DNA from: Thalia democratica
Lineage: Eukaryota
Length of the DNA stretch: 64,000 nt
Reading direction: 5' to 3'
Assembly (NCBI GenBank): GCA_965202585.1
Contig: OZ241829.1
Location: 16,492,001 to 16,556,000 of the forward strand
In this document: positions 27,301-39,900 of the stretch, in pieces
How positions within the stretch are numbered: position 1 is the first letter of the stretch
Layout: every line of letters starts with the position of its first letter
The notes under the pieces: generated by a model
The model's database searches: none
What the model was told of the DNA's origin: nothing
Seen by the model: the letters and a program-made list of their open reading frames with translations, nothing else
Program-made: the position numbers and the translations under genes

Positions 27301-30300
27301 TAATATATTTTAAAAACATGGAGCTTTTGCATACTTTAAAATTTATAAAATTTTACAAATTATTGTTTAAAATGATGCGTCGGTGATTTTTTTATTTATT
27401 TACTGAAACATCATTAACACATAATAATAGTAACTAAGCATCTGCATAATTACCAGTGCAACAAAGACTATTCCACCGAGAAAAATGAAGAGCTCCGTGA
27501 ACTTTTGATGAAGAAAAACCAGCTGCAAGAAGCTAAGGAGACACTGAAGCTCAACTCCGAAAAGTTGTTTAATTTTATTAAATTTATATTAAAAACTATT
27601 TTATATCAAAACATATTCAAACATAGTTAAGGACTTTCGTCACTAATCAAGTTTACAGTTCTTTGCAAAAAGCAAGTAACAATAAGTACTTGGTAAATAA
27701 TATCAAGCAAATAAAAAATAACTCTAATGTTGTGAAGCTCAATACTAATATATAAAACATTAAACAGTACAAATCGAAGTTATATTCATCAAATATACAT
27801 ATACATGCTTATAGATTTATTTGATTATATAAAAAACAATAGGTTTATACAACCGTTTCGTATATGATATATATAACCTCATATACTCATCAGTAAGCTA
27901 AAGTTTATTTACAATGTTAAACAGAAATTTAGAATTAAAAAATTTATAAGTATTACGACGTATTAATAATGAAGGTTTTTGTACAGAAAATTAAGTTTGA
28001 AAATACGCTAACTTGTTAGTTTAAGGATTTATGCATTTTGAATTTTAGTACGTCATAATACTTATAATTTCTTAAGTTTCTGTTAAACATTGTTAATAAA
28101 CTTTAACTTTACTGATGAGTATATGAGGTAATATATCTCATATACGATTACGATCATTAAAATCATTTATTTTTTTATATAATCAAATAAGTATATAGCT
28201 CAAACTCAAATTGTCGAGCGCTATCGACCATAACTTTTTAAAAAACTATTAATATAAGTTTATATACTTATATTCATATGTCAAGAAAAATTAAGTAAGT
28301 AACAACAAACAAACAGTAAAGCATAATAATATATTTAGACTTGGTGAGGATTTTCGACAAAAGCTTTTGGACCTTGAAAAAGTATTTCAAATTTCTGGAG
28401 TATCTAAAAAAAATTACAACTCGTAAGTAAAAACTTTCAAATAAATATAGTACAAAAAGTCTATAATTGCCGATTATAGTTAGTGAGAAAAATCTTAATA
28501 GTTTTTAATTTTTGTTGTTGCTTTGAAATATTTCTAGTGGCGGTGAAAACATTACCAGAACATTCAAAACTTGTTGTTTCTGAAAAGAAAAGTTATACAT
28601 AACTTTTTTTTTCAGTCTTTTGATGAACCAAGCAGACAGATTTTCGAAACACAGAGAAGAGCAATCCAGGAAAGACTCGGAGTTGAGCAAGGAGCTAAAG
28701 GAGATCCAAGATGAGTTGAAGAAGCTGGGCTACGAAAAAAAAATTCATCAAACTGAAAATAAAAAGGAATTTGGTGGAGTTCCTTCTATGATGGTAGTTT
28801 AAACAATCTTCTTGTTATTACTATTCTCAAATTACTGTAACATAAGTTGCTTTAGCATTCGTATTTGTATAAACAGTAAAAAAAAGTATGACTTGTTTCT
28901 TTTCGTAACTGAAAAATAGTCGACTTCACTGTTTTGAGAAATGTTTGTTCCTCCGTACGTTTTTGCAACTATACTGAGCTATACTTCTAGTGTTTTCTAT
29001 ATACTATTAATACGTTGAAAGGAAATTTTCTAGTGTTAGCTTGTTTATATTTGATTAAAATTTTTCATGTTAGCTCTACGAAGACATTTCTGCTGATGCA
29101 AAACTCCTCAAAAACTTTTTGAACATGAAGAAGCAAATGGAGGCAAACAGAAGAATGCTCGAGAAAGCTCACTCGGAAGGTGAAGTAAGTAAACTTGCAA
29201 TGAACAAAGTGTTTGACGGAAGTACAGTTCATCAAGTTGAAAAGAAAAAGGAATTTGGTGGAGTTCCTTCTATGATGGTAAGATCTTTAAACAATCTTCT
29301 TGTTATTACTATTCTCAAATTATTGTAACATAAGTTGCTCTAGCATTCATATTTGTATAAACAGTAAAAAAAAAGTATGACTCGTTTCTTTTCGTAACTG
29401 AAAAATAGTCGACTTCACTGTTTTGAGAAATGTTTGTTCCTCCGTACGTTTTTGCAACTATACTGAGCTATACTTCTAATGTTTTCTATATACTATTAAT
29501 ACGTTGAAAGGAAATTTTCTAGTGTTAGCTTGTTTATATTTGATTAAAATTTTTCATGTTAGCTCTACGAAGACATTTCTGCTGATGCAAAACGCATCAA
29601 AAACTTTTTGAACATGAAGAAGCAAATGGAGGCAAACAGAAGAATGCTCGACAAAGCTCACTCGGAAGGTGAAGTAAGTAAGCTTGCAATGAACAAAGTG
29701 TTTGACGGAAGTACAGTTCATCAAACTGAAAAGAAAAAGGAATTTGGTGGAGTTCCTTCTATGATGGTAAGATCTTTAAACAATCTTCTTGTTATTACTA
29801 TTCTCAAATTACTGTAACATAAGTTGCTCTAGCATTCATATTTGTATAAACAGTAAAAAAAAAGTATGACTCGTTTCTTTTCGTAACTGAAAAATAGTCG
29901 ACTTCACGGTTTTGAGAAATGTTTGTTCTTATGTACGTTTTTGCAACTATACTGAGCTATACTTCTAGTGTTTTCTATATACTATTTATACGTTGAAAGG
30001 AAATTTTCTAGTGTTAGCTTGTTTATATTTGATTAAAATTTTTCATGTTAGCTCAACGAAGACATTTCCGCTGAAGCAAAACTCATCAAAAACTTTTTGA
30101 ACACGAAGAAGCAAATGGAGGCAAACAGAAGAATGCTCGAGAAAGCTCACTCGGAAGGTGAAGTAAGTAAACTTGCAATGAACAAAGTGTTTGACGGAAG
30201 TACAGTTCATCAAGTTGAAAAGAAAAAGGAACTTGGTGGAGTTCCTTCTATGATGGTAAGATCTTTAAACAATCTTCTTGTTATTACTATTCTCAAATTA

Positions 30301-33300
30301 CTGTAACATAAGTTGCTCTAGCATTCGTGTTTGTATAAACAGTAAAAAAAAAGTATGACTCGTTTCTTTTCGTAACTGAAAAATAGTCGACTTCACTGTT
30401 TTGAGAAATGTTTGTTCCTCCGTACGTTTTTGCAACTATACTGAGCTATACTTCTAGTGTTTTCTATATACTATTTATACGTTGAAAGGAAATTTTCTAG
30501 TGTTAGCTTGTTTATATTTGATTAAAATTTTTCATGTTAGCTCAACGAAGACATTTCTGCTGAAGCAAAACGCATTAAAAACTTTTTGAACATGAAGAAG
30601 CAAATGGAGGCAAACAGAAGAATGCTCGAGAAAGCTCACTCGGAAGGCGAAGTAAGTAAACTTGCAATGAACAAAATGTTTGACGGAAGTACAGTTCATC
30701 AAGTTGAAAAGAACAGGGAGTTTGGCGGAGCTTGTTCAACGTTGGTAAGTAAAAAATTTAAACAACAATAAATATTACACATTATTTACTAATAAGAATT
30801 GTTTTTACCTTCGAATAAAACACTAAGTTAAGTTACTTCTTTACAGTTTAAAAAATGTCTTATAAATACAACTTTTAAATACATTACTAGTAGTAGATAA
30901 ATTAGTTTTAAGTAATATATAGTACTCCAAAAGACTTATTCGTAATAAAAGCGTCCTACGTGAAATGTTTAAAGTTTCAAAATTATTACACATAACACAC
31001 ATGAGTCCGTCGTTATCGAAATTTCGTATGCGCGTTAGAGACTGAATAGGTTGTTTGAAAGGTTAGCGTGTTTTTTGTCAATGACACTGTACATTATAAC
31101 CAGCGCAACCAGGAATCTGATGAGGATGCCGAACTTCGTGAGCTTTTGATGACAAAGAATCAGCTCCTGGAAATGAAGCAGGCAATGTGCGACAATTCTG
31201 ACAAGTTAGTTTTGAATGCTTTTTAAAATGTAAATTACAAATGTTTAATAACAAATGTTTGTTGAAACTAGATAACTACGTAAATAATAATCACACAAAT
31301 GATAAATACGTAACCACATATATTTTACGAAGATTAAATACTGTAACATAACACACTACTATATGTTAAATTTAAAAAGTAAAACATAATAAACAAGTAA
31401 AAAACTATTTACAAAATTAAACTAATTTATTCCAGACTTGGTGAAGATTACAATCAGAGAATTTGCTACTTGAATACAGAATATGCCGCTTCTCGTTTAA
31501 CTAAAGAATGCTACAACGCGTAAGTATAGAAAAAAAAAAACTTAATTACAAAAAAAAAATATATCTATGATGTGCAAGTACTAAGTATTTGTTGAAACCT
31601 TTATGGAAATATATTTAAACATACGGTATTTATGCGCAACTTTTGATCATAAAATGTTCAATTTCAAACAATACAGGACTGTTTAAAAAAGTATTTTTTA
31701 TACAATTTTTTTAGTAATAAATATTATTACTTTCGCGTCATTTAACCGAACTAAAAAATTAAGATTTTTTATATATCAGAGTGTTTAGAAATTTTTTTGC
31801 ACAAAAACAACAAATTTAACCTTACAGTCACTATTACTTTGACTTTGCAGTTTTACCCTTAGGTTCAAGTTACCATTATGTTTAGATGTAACAGGATATC
31901 AAACTGCATTTGATTACTGTTTAAATTTAATAGAGAGTTTTGAGAAACTCTTGTTCATCATCAGTGACATTCATTCTAGCCACATTTGCTGCATTAAACA
32001 TGTTATTCTAGAATAGACATAATTTTTTGATTGTTTTATGCAAAGTTTTTGTTTAAGGTTGTTTTCTTCTCATAATGTCTTTTCATAATCTTAAGTTCAA
32101 GCAGTTAATTCTCATTATAATTTAAACATTCTCTAAATATTTAAAATCTAAACTGTGTTCAAAAGTTTAACAAGTGTTTAAAATAATTTCTAAAGCATAA
32201 AGTTATTCATGTGTTACATATTTCTTTATGTTTGTTAGTGTTTTCATTTGCTCTGTAACTAAGAATGTGCTCATTCATAGGCGTGCCTAGTTTTATATAA
32301 AGTTTATATATAGCTTTATATTAGCCCTAAAAATGTTTCAAAACATTATTAGTTAAGTAGATGTTTTTATTTATTATGGTTAACAGTGAAGTTTACAGCA
32401 AAATTTAACCATACTTACAATTGTGGGTTAAACATCATAAAAAAGTACAATAAAAATCAAGTTATGCAAGTATTAAGTATCTGTAGATAATGTCATGAAA
32501 ATATGTATAAGTATAAGTTATTTATTTCCAAAGTTTAAACATAGAACATAGTACTTAAAACATGTGTTTGAGAAATGTTTCACAAACAGTATTTTTAATA
32601 ATAAACATAATCACTTTCGTATGGTTATTACTTATAAACGAAATTTTTTTTTATATCAAAGTGTTAATAATTTTTTTAATATATTGAAAAACATTTAAAA
32701 CCTTACAGTCACTTTTGCCATAAATTTACATGGTTAACCTTAGGTTTAAGTAAATATTATATTTGCGAAACTTATTGTTAAGATTTCCAAATGCTTTTAG
32801 CAACACACTGGTGTTGTTCTATTTCAAATGATGAAGCCAAAATTGAATTTCGCAAATATCGTACTGTTTTTTTTTTCCTTAAAAGATGTTGATTAGTAAA
32901 AGTTAATAAGTGGTGTATGTATATAGCTCCAAATTTGAAAGTCCTTTTTAAAATTAGGTCTATTGACCTGACCATATTCATAAGTGTATTTTTATCCGTT
33001 TTTTTAAATTTCTTCTCCTTTTATCGCTGTCGACCTCATAAATATTTTTCATAGTCTAACGAACAAAGAGATAGACACGTTTGCAAGAAACAACGAAATT
33101 CGCAAAATAAAAAAGATGGAGTTGAACAAGAAACTGAAGAAGGTTCTAGATAAATTGAAGGAAATGGAAGAAAAAGTTCATCAAACTGAAAAGAGCAAAG
33201 AATTTGGTGGGATGAACTCAAAGATGGTCGGTTTGATTCGAAAATGTAGTCTTATTAAGTTGATTTGTGTTGTAGTTAAGTTACAATCGTTTGTAAACTT

Positions 33301-34548
33301 CAAATGTTGTACAGTTTACTTGATTGGAAAATAGTTTTAAAATAAAACATTTACAACTCTTCTTAACTTTTTATGTTTGTAAATTATTTTTATCATGAAT
33401 TGTTTAGTTGATGTAGAGTTTTATTAGTCTGCTCTCGACAACAAACTACTTGTTTGTGAATTTTAACTTGATCAATACGCACGGCTTTTATTAATCATTA
33501 ATTAAAAGTAGTTCTTATTTTCATAAAAACAAATAAATAACGTACTGAGATATTATTTCACTTAAGTGTTCTTATCTACAGCTTTCCTATGAATATGACT
33601 GGAAGTTGCGACAAATAGATGCTTTAAAAAAGCAAAGAAAGCAATATATCCAGACAAAAAATTCCATGGAAAAAGAACTTGCAGAGTAAGTTGCTGACTT
33701 TTAAGTAGTTTGTAGCATCTGAATTTTTTAAAATTTACCAACATCTGAGACTTTCTACAGTACACAAAAAAAAGTTAGACAAGGAATATAAGAAAACACT
33801 TTAGTTGGTTACAAGCTTGTTTCTCTCAATTATAATAAAAAAACTTTTTTATTTTTTTCAGAAACGAACAGGCTCATCACGAGAAATTGAAAATGTTTAA
33901 AAAAGAACATCTTGCGGGATTAGTTGGAGGTTGTGCCGGGTAAGTTGTATATATTTGTGCATATGTTTATTTACAAGTACTTTCTGTTGTCAAAACATGA
34001 TTCAATACTTTAGCAGAAATTTATGCAAAACAACATAACAAAATTTTGTACTCTTCCACATTATGTAAGACAAATGCTCTTTTGAAAAGTATTGAAAACC
34101 AACCATGTATTCGTGTATATACGAGGAATATTAATGTAGTAGGAGTAGTTTAGGAATTCCAGTTAAAATAAAAGTTTCTTTTAAATTGTTTATATTTATT
34201 TTTTGTTTAATTTAAGTTCTCACAAATACTCTCTGTGGTAGTTTTAGTAAGTTATAAAATTTTTAAGTTGATGCTTTTGAGTTGAAACGAAAAAAAAAAG
34301 TTTATTTATGCATAATAATAGTTTACTATTACATGTAACAAATTTTGACAGGTCTACTTAAAACATAAACAAAACAATTTTTTTTGTGTTTGCTTCGACA
34401 AAATTAATCAGTACTTTTTTATTTCAGTTTTTATTTGAAAAAGTATGAAGACTATAAAAATGAAAGTTCCAAAAGCGTAAAGGGAGTTGAAGATCAGATT
34501 AAGAAGTTGGATGAGAGTATCAAGAACTTGGAGCAACAACTAGAGTAG
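21363..34548 (+). CDS. Uncharacterised ~1186-aa modular coiled-coil protein with repeated KEFGG motifs (candidate polyprotein)
   Basis: 26 phase-consistent exons: 21363-21459, 21648-21863, 22049-22167, 22353-22442, 22690-22781, 23345-23425, 23793-23955, 24192-24269, 24660-24860, 25338-25541, 25983-26095, 26445-26528, 26884-27061, 27457-27563, 28339-28422, 28616-28793, 29074-29277, 29563-29766, 30052-30255, 30541-30744, 31104-31204, 31436-31519, 33055-33226, 33582-33685, 33862-33939, 34428-34548. Total 3561 nt, open to TAG; AATAAA at ~34604. Confidence 0.85.
27810..28200. repeat. Intronic inverted repeat (~150-bp arms), each arm carrying a hammerhead-like core
   Basis: 27810-27965 is the approximate reverse complement of 28049-28200. 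The left arm (- strand) reads CTGATGA-GTATATGA..TCATATAC-GAAAC; the right arm (+ strand) has GATT in place of GAAA. Confidence 0.7.
28755..30744 (+). repeat. Four near-identical 489-bp exon+intron tandem units
   Basis: Exon starts at 29074, 29563, 30052 and 30541 (exact 489-bp period); the introns differ by only a few bases. Confidence 0.97.
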
Positions 34549-35611
34549 AACTTGGAGCTACGATTAGAAAATTATTAAAATAGGAAATCGTTCAGATAAC
34601 TTGAATAAACCTGCCTTACATATTTGTTGTTTCTTGTAAACTGATTATTTTCTTTAAGTTAGACAAATCTTTAATACGTGACGGGCAACAATACATATTT
34701 TTATTAAAATATTTTATTTAAAACCAGCAGATGAAAAATTCAAATTTTGGCTCTAAAAACCTTGACTATTTGTTCTCATAAATTAAATAAATGTCCTAAC
34801 CTTACAATAAGAATGAATTCGATTACTGTATATTACCATTTTTTTAATGGCAAAACATACATCATGTTGGTACAAAGACTTTATTAAGTTACGCCTGATA
34901 AGTTTTTAAAGAAAACTATTATACCGGATTGGCTTATCGAGGTTATAAATCGTGTACGTGTTTTTAATATGATTCAATGATGAAATGAAATCGAAAGTTT
35001 TCTAAGTTCAAATTTTTTATTAAAAAAAAAAACAATAACTGTTTCAATATATGGCTTTAGGCTAAGAATTATTAGTAATTTATTGGTACTTTAATCAAAA
35101 TATGCAACAATTGAATTGGTCATAAGCTAGCCTCTTATTTTAGATTTCATATTCACTTTCTTAAATGGAAATATTATAATTAAGTTAAAGAGAATTTAGC
35201 ACTAATATCAAATTATAGATTTTTATTTTGTTATTAATACAACTTTCATTATTTACTTATGATTATTTCAGCTATTTTAATTAGAGTAATATAAAATAGT
35301 TTTAACGACTAAAAAAAGATAATCTACAAAAAATTTAACTAATTTACACATACATTCATTAAAGCTTTCCAAATTACTTATGATAAAGTAATATTTCAAC
35401 ATTCAATGTTATTTATATTTAAATTAAGTCATTGTATTATGCCCTAATTTTTACTTTCATTGATGAATATATACTAAAAACTATAGGCTAAAACAGTTTG
35501 GTTTAAAAAATCAGTTAACAAGTTACGAATGAATATATATATATATATATATATATTTGTTAATCTAAGTAAAGCAACTAAACAACTATGTGTTAGTTTT
35601 AGCCTGTAGAA

Positions 35612-35880
35612 CAGGGTTTCCCAAACTTTTTTCAAAAAACCCCTTAAAAGAAATTAAAAAAGCTATGGCCTCCTCAAACAACATTAAAATAAAAAACTTC
35701 TATTAAAACCGCCTAAGATCTTCTTTTTGCTCTTTATCATTAATTCCAGAATATTTAAAGCAAGTTTCAAATTATGACTATACACCCCCTGTGACCCCTT
35801 AACTGTTCATTGCCCCCCTTTGGTATTTTTGATGCTCATGTCCCCCATGGAAGCCACTTGGCCCAGTCTGGGAATTCCTG
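35612..35880. mobile_element. hAT (Charlie-like) MITE
   Basis: TIRs CAGGGTTTCCCAAAC / GTCTGGGAATTCCTG; 8-bp TSD CTGTAGAA / CTGTATAA. Confidence 0.85.
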
Positions 35881-36074
35881 CTGTATAATAAATAATTTTT
35901 GCTGAAGTTTTATGCAAAGAAGATAAAAGTACGGCTTATTTGTGATTTGAACAAAGGCTGTTGATCATAGTAGAAAGTTAATACATAAAGTAATAATGTT
36001 AAGAAATAAGAGGCAGAAAAGCAGATTTTAGAACAAATTAACATATATAATAAAGCTTAGTTGAATATATACTT

Positions 36075-36190
36075 TATTGAACGACAAAAAAAAACGCTCA
36101 AAATGAATTGTTCTAGAAACTGGTGCACGAAAAACCTTTGGGTTATCAAGTCGCACACCATTTGGATACAGTTTAACGTCTTGTCTAGGA
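36075..36190 (+). repeat. ~120-bp dispersed structured repeat, copy 3
   Basis: GGTGCACGAAAAACCTTTGGGTTATCAAGTCGCACACCA. Confidence 0.75.
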
Positions 36191-37169
36191 AAAAGTTAGA
36201 AGAAATATTTAAGTATATTTACATATTCAAAATACATTTGTGTGTGTACGTGTAGAAGTGAAAGTAGAAAAAATATGTATACTATTTAAATAAAAAAGGT
36301 CGGTTGTGGAGTAAGATTTATTAAAAAATCTTACCTTTTATCTTGCGTATAAATATTTCGTAAATGTTTCTATCTACATGTGCTTGTTTGGCTCTCTCAC
36401 GCCACCTATGTTGCATTTGGTGTGGTGAAGGATATTTCAAACATTATTTTAGTAAAACTTTCAACAGTTTAGGCGTTGTACCTACATTTCAAGCTTTATC
36501 TATAATCCTGGTACTTTTGTACAATGAAAAAATAACAGAACGAGTGTAACGTTTTAATTATTATTTTTGTTGATGAGCAACACTTGGGTATTAAACTAGT
36601 TGTTAAATACTTTTAAAAAATAGATATAATCATTTAAAAAGTCTATTTAGTTTATTATTGATTAAAATAGTCAACCAAAACTCAGGATAATAGGTTTTAG
36701 TACTTAATTACAATTATATGAGTTAAATGTTAAACTATACTTTTTTTTATCGAAATTAGTTGTAATAAAAAATTGAAATTAAGTATTTATTGAAATACTT
36801 CATTTTGTAGATAAAATAACTTAAGTACTCTTCAAACGAAAAATATTCCAAAAAAATCAGAAAAGTTTAAAACTCAGAAAAATATATTAAGCAGAAAGTA
36901 AAACTCGAGTATTTATAAAAAACTAAACTAACAATTAACATTTTTTTTCACGGTGTGATTTAAACCTAACTTTGCAATTTTTAAACATATCTTATTGTAT
37001 TTGATTTACAGTTATCTACTTATATCTTTAATTTATATAAATGTATAAAAATCAAATTTTATATATTAATAATGAAAACAATAGGTGTTAAAATCTTAAA
37101 ACATTTCAAAGATTAGTTAAAAAGCACAATCAAACTTTTAATCATGTGAAAGTTGTCTTAAACAATTAT

Positions 37170-37400
37170 AAAGTTAAATTATCAAGTTTGAAATTATCAA
37201 CTTTAAAGTAATCAAAATTAAATTTATCGAATTTAATATGATCAAGTTAAAAATTTCCGAATTTAAAATCATCGAGTAAACATTATCATGCTTAAATGGA
37301 TTAAGTTTAACATGGTTGAGTTTAGTATGATTGTTTTAATACAATCAAGTTTAGTATGTTCAAGTTTGTAATGATCGCGAGTTAGAGTTTATCGACTTCC
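37170..37400. repeat. Degenerate 15-bp-period array (~15 units)
   Basis: Unit resembles AAACTTGATCATATT on the - strand; period of 15 visible from 37176 to 37398. Confidence 0.7.
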
Positions 37401-38679
37401 ACCTTTTGCTTAAGGTTTTTAGACATTTTGTTTAAATATTTTGGATTAGATCATTCTCTGCGACAAATATATCACAGCAAAATTAGCATAAGAATCAACG
37501 CATACATTTAGCTTCATTTTTTTTTTCCATGTAGTTGAGGTAGCAAAAGACTTTCTACAAGTTACTGGCAAAATGTACTCAAATTATATTTTTTTTTACT
37601 TTGAAAAAGCTCTTAAGAACTCTACTGAAACAGTAAAATTAAAAAAATCATTGGATTTAGGGTCGTTTTTTATTTACAGTCAAGAAAAAATAAGGAATAC
37701 TATGTGATTTGTTGATACAATAAAGCTAATTTGGACTATCATGGAGCTCAAAGTTTCATAACAAAATGTTGTGAAATAACTACTTTAGATACTTTTTAAA
37801 GACTTTTACACAACAAGCTTACAACAGTCACATTAAACTCTTATTTAATAATATAAACAGTTTTTATATGTTTAAAAGATACAGCATACAATTTAAATTG
37901 TATTATAATAGCTTTAATATGTTAAAATTGTTATAAGTATAAACATAAAGTTTAAAAAAGTAAAGCAAAAAACACAAATAAATATTAAATAAAAAAGTGC
38001 AATATACATTTGTAGTATTTTATTTAGTTATTTGAAAATATTAAAACTTTAATCCTCTTCTAACACAAGTAGGTGTCAGATTTGTACGAGTTTGTCAAGT
38101 TTTATAAAAAAGTTCATTTTCAAAATTAAGGACCAAATTTTTTTTTATTTAAAAAACCTTTTTTTTTAAATTAAAAGTTGATAAAATTTGCAAAAGTGAA
38201 GCTCCATGCAGAAATTAAGCTAGGTGCAAAATGACTCGTATCCTCTAACAGATTTAGTTTGTCTTACAACACACTACGTTGCTCAGAAACTGTGTTTAGC
38301 TTAGGATTACTTTTTCGAGTATGTTTATAATTATCTACAATTTTTTAAGTCATATGATTACGCATTCTTAGAGAAGCTTTTGGCGGATAAGGGCTTAAAC
38401 ATTTTATAAAAAAATAAGTAGTTTACTAAGAGCAGAGTCTATTCTTAGTGGTTAAACCAGATAGTAATTCTTAAAAATAATCTATAGCATTCTAAATGTA
38501 GAATAAGCAATTGAATACTAGTAGAAGCAATATAGTTTTTCACTAGTATAAATTAAAACTGTAGATAGAAAATGATTAACAATAATCCGAACTTTAATTT
38601 TATTTTAATAATTAACAAATGTAGCGATAAAAACGATCGATTTTGTGGAGGACAGTGCTTGTAGGTGCCTTGAGTTTCA

Positions 38680-38765
38680 CACTTTTGTATGTGTAGTACG
38701 ACTCGATAACCGAAAGTTTTTTGTACACAAGGTCCTTAGATCAAACTTTTTGAGCGCTATTCTTT
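38680..38765 (-). repeat. ~120-bp dispersed structured repeat, copy 4
   Basis: Reverse complement reads GCGCTCAAAAAGTTTGATCTAAGGACCTTGTGTACAAAAAACTTTCGGTTATCGAGTCGTAC. Confidence 0.75.
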
Positions 38766-38899
38766 TATCCTTAAATAAACAATAACAGTTTGCTCGTAAA
38801 CATTGTTTTGAAATAATTTTAAATTAATAAATATAAAACTTTTAAGATTTATTTTGTATAGTTTTATTTAATAAATAAAGTAGTAGATTTAAGTTTAAA

Positions 38900-39900
38900 A
38901 ATGGTAAGCAACCGTTTTTATACTAATACTGCCATTATTCACAACGAAAACCATAGTCTACCATGGGCACCACATTGTCTTCTCTATTCGATTTCAATTT
39001 TTACAATTTTAAGTTTTTTATTTACCTTTTATACAACAGCAACCAAAAGACCTTAACAAAAACTCAATTTATAAAAAGGGAGAAATAAAAATGTTACGAT
39101 AAACGAAATGTTTAATATAAATACAAAACACAGTGTAGTTTTAGATAGTGTTAATAAAAGACGTCGCATGGGGTGGAGCATTGAAGAAGATGCACCACCA
39201 ATAAAATTGAAAAACTGTTTTGAATATTATATAACTAGCAGAACTCATATTTTTTGAAGAGAATTTTGCCTAAAAACGATTTGTTGTAATTGTACTCTTC
39301 TTTCTTTGTGAATTATTTTCGTTTTTATGATTAGCTTTCTTTGTAAATTGTTAACAAAAAAATAAAATTTTAAAGCTCTTTTTTGTTTACTTTTTCAAAT
39401 AAACAGATAAACTAATAAATTAAGTTGAAATAGTAAGAAACCTTTTTTGACCTATTACTGCTAGTATTTATCATGGTAACTATAGTCTACTATGGGCACC
39501 ACACTGTCTCCTCCTTTCGATTTCGATTTTTACCTTCAATTACGTTTATATTTTCTTGCTACTTTTTTTACAACAGAAACCACAAAAAATTTAAACAAAA
39601 CTCAATAAATAGAAGGAAGAATTAATGATGTCACTATAAACGAAATGTTTAATATAACCATAAAACTCTTAAAGCACAATGTAATTCAAAACAGTGTTAA
39701 TAAGAGACGTTGCATGGGATGGAGCATTAAAGCAGATGAACTGTCAAAAAATTAAAATATTTTATTAATTTTATGAAGCTACCAAAACTTTTATCTTTCG
39801 AACAAGTTTTTGTCTAAAAATAATTCGTTGTTTTTGTATTTTTTTATCTCTGTAAATTGTTTTTTTTTTTAATAAAAGGGTTTTTCAAATACTTGTAAAT
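38900..39900 (+). repeat. Old ~550-bp tandem duplication
   Basis: Two copies each of ATAGTCTAC.ATGGGCACCACA.TGTCT and AGACGT.GCATGGG.TGGAGCATT. Confidence 0.7.

Noticed and set aside
28755-30744. CRISPR-like or prokaryotic repeat interpretation of the regular array
   Set aside because: The units are 489-bp exon+intron copies with splice sites; there is no repeat-spacer structure and the context is eukaryotic.
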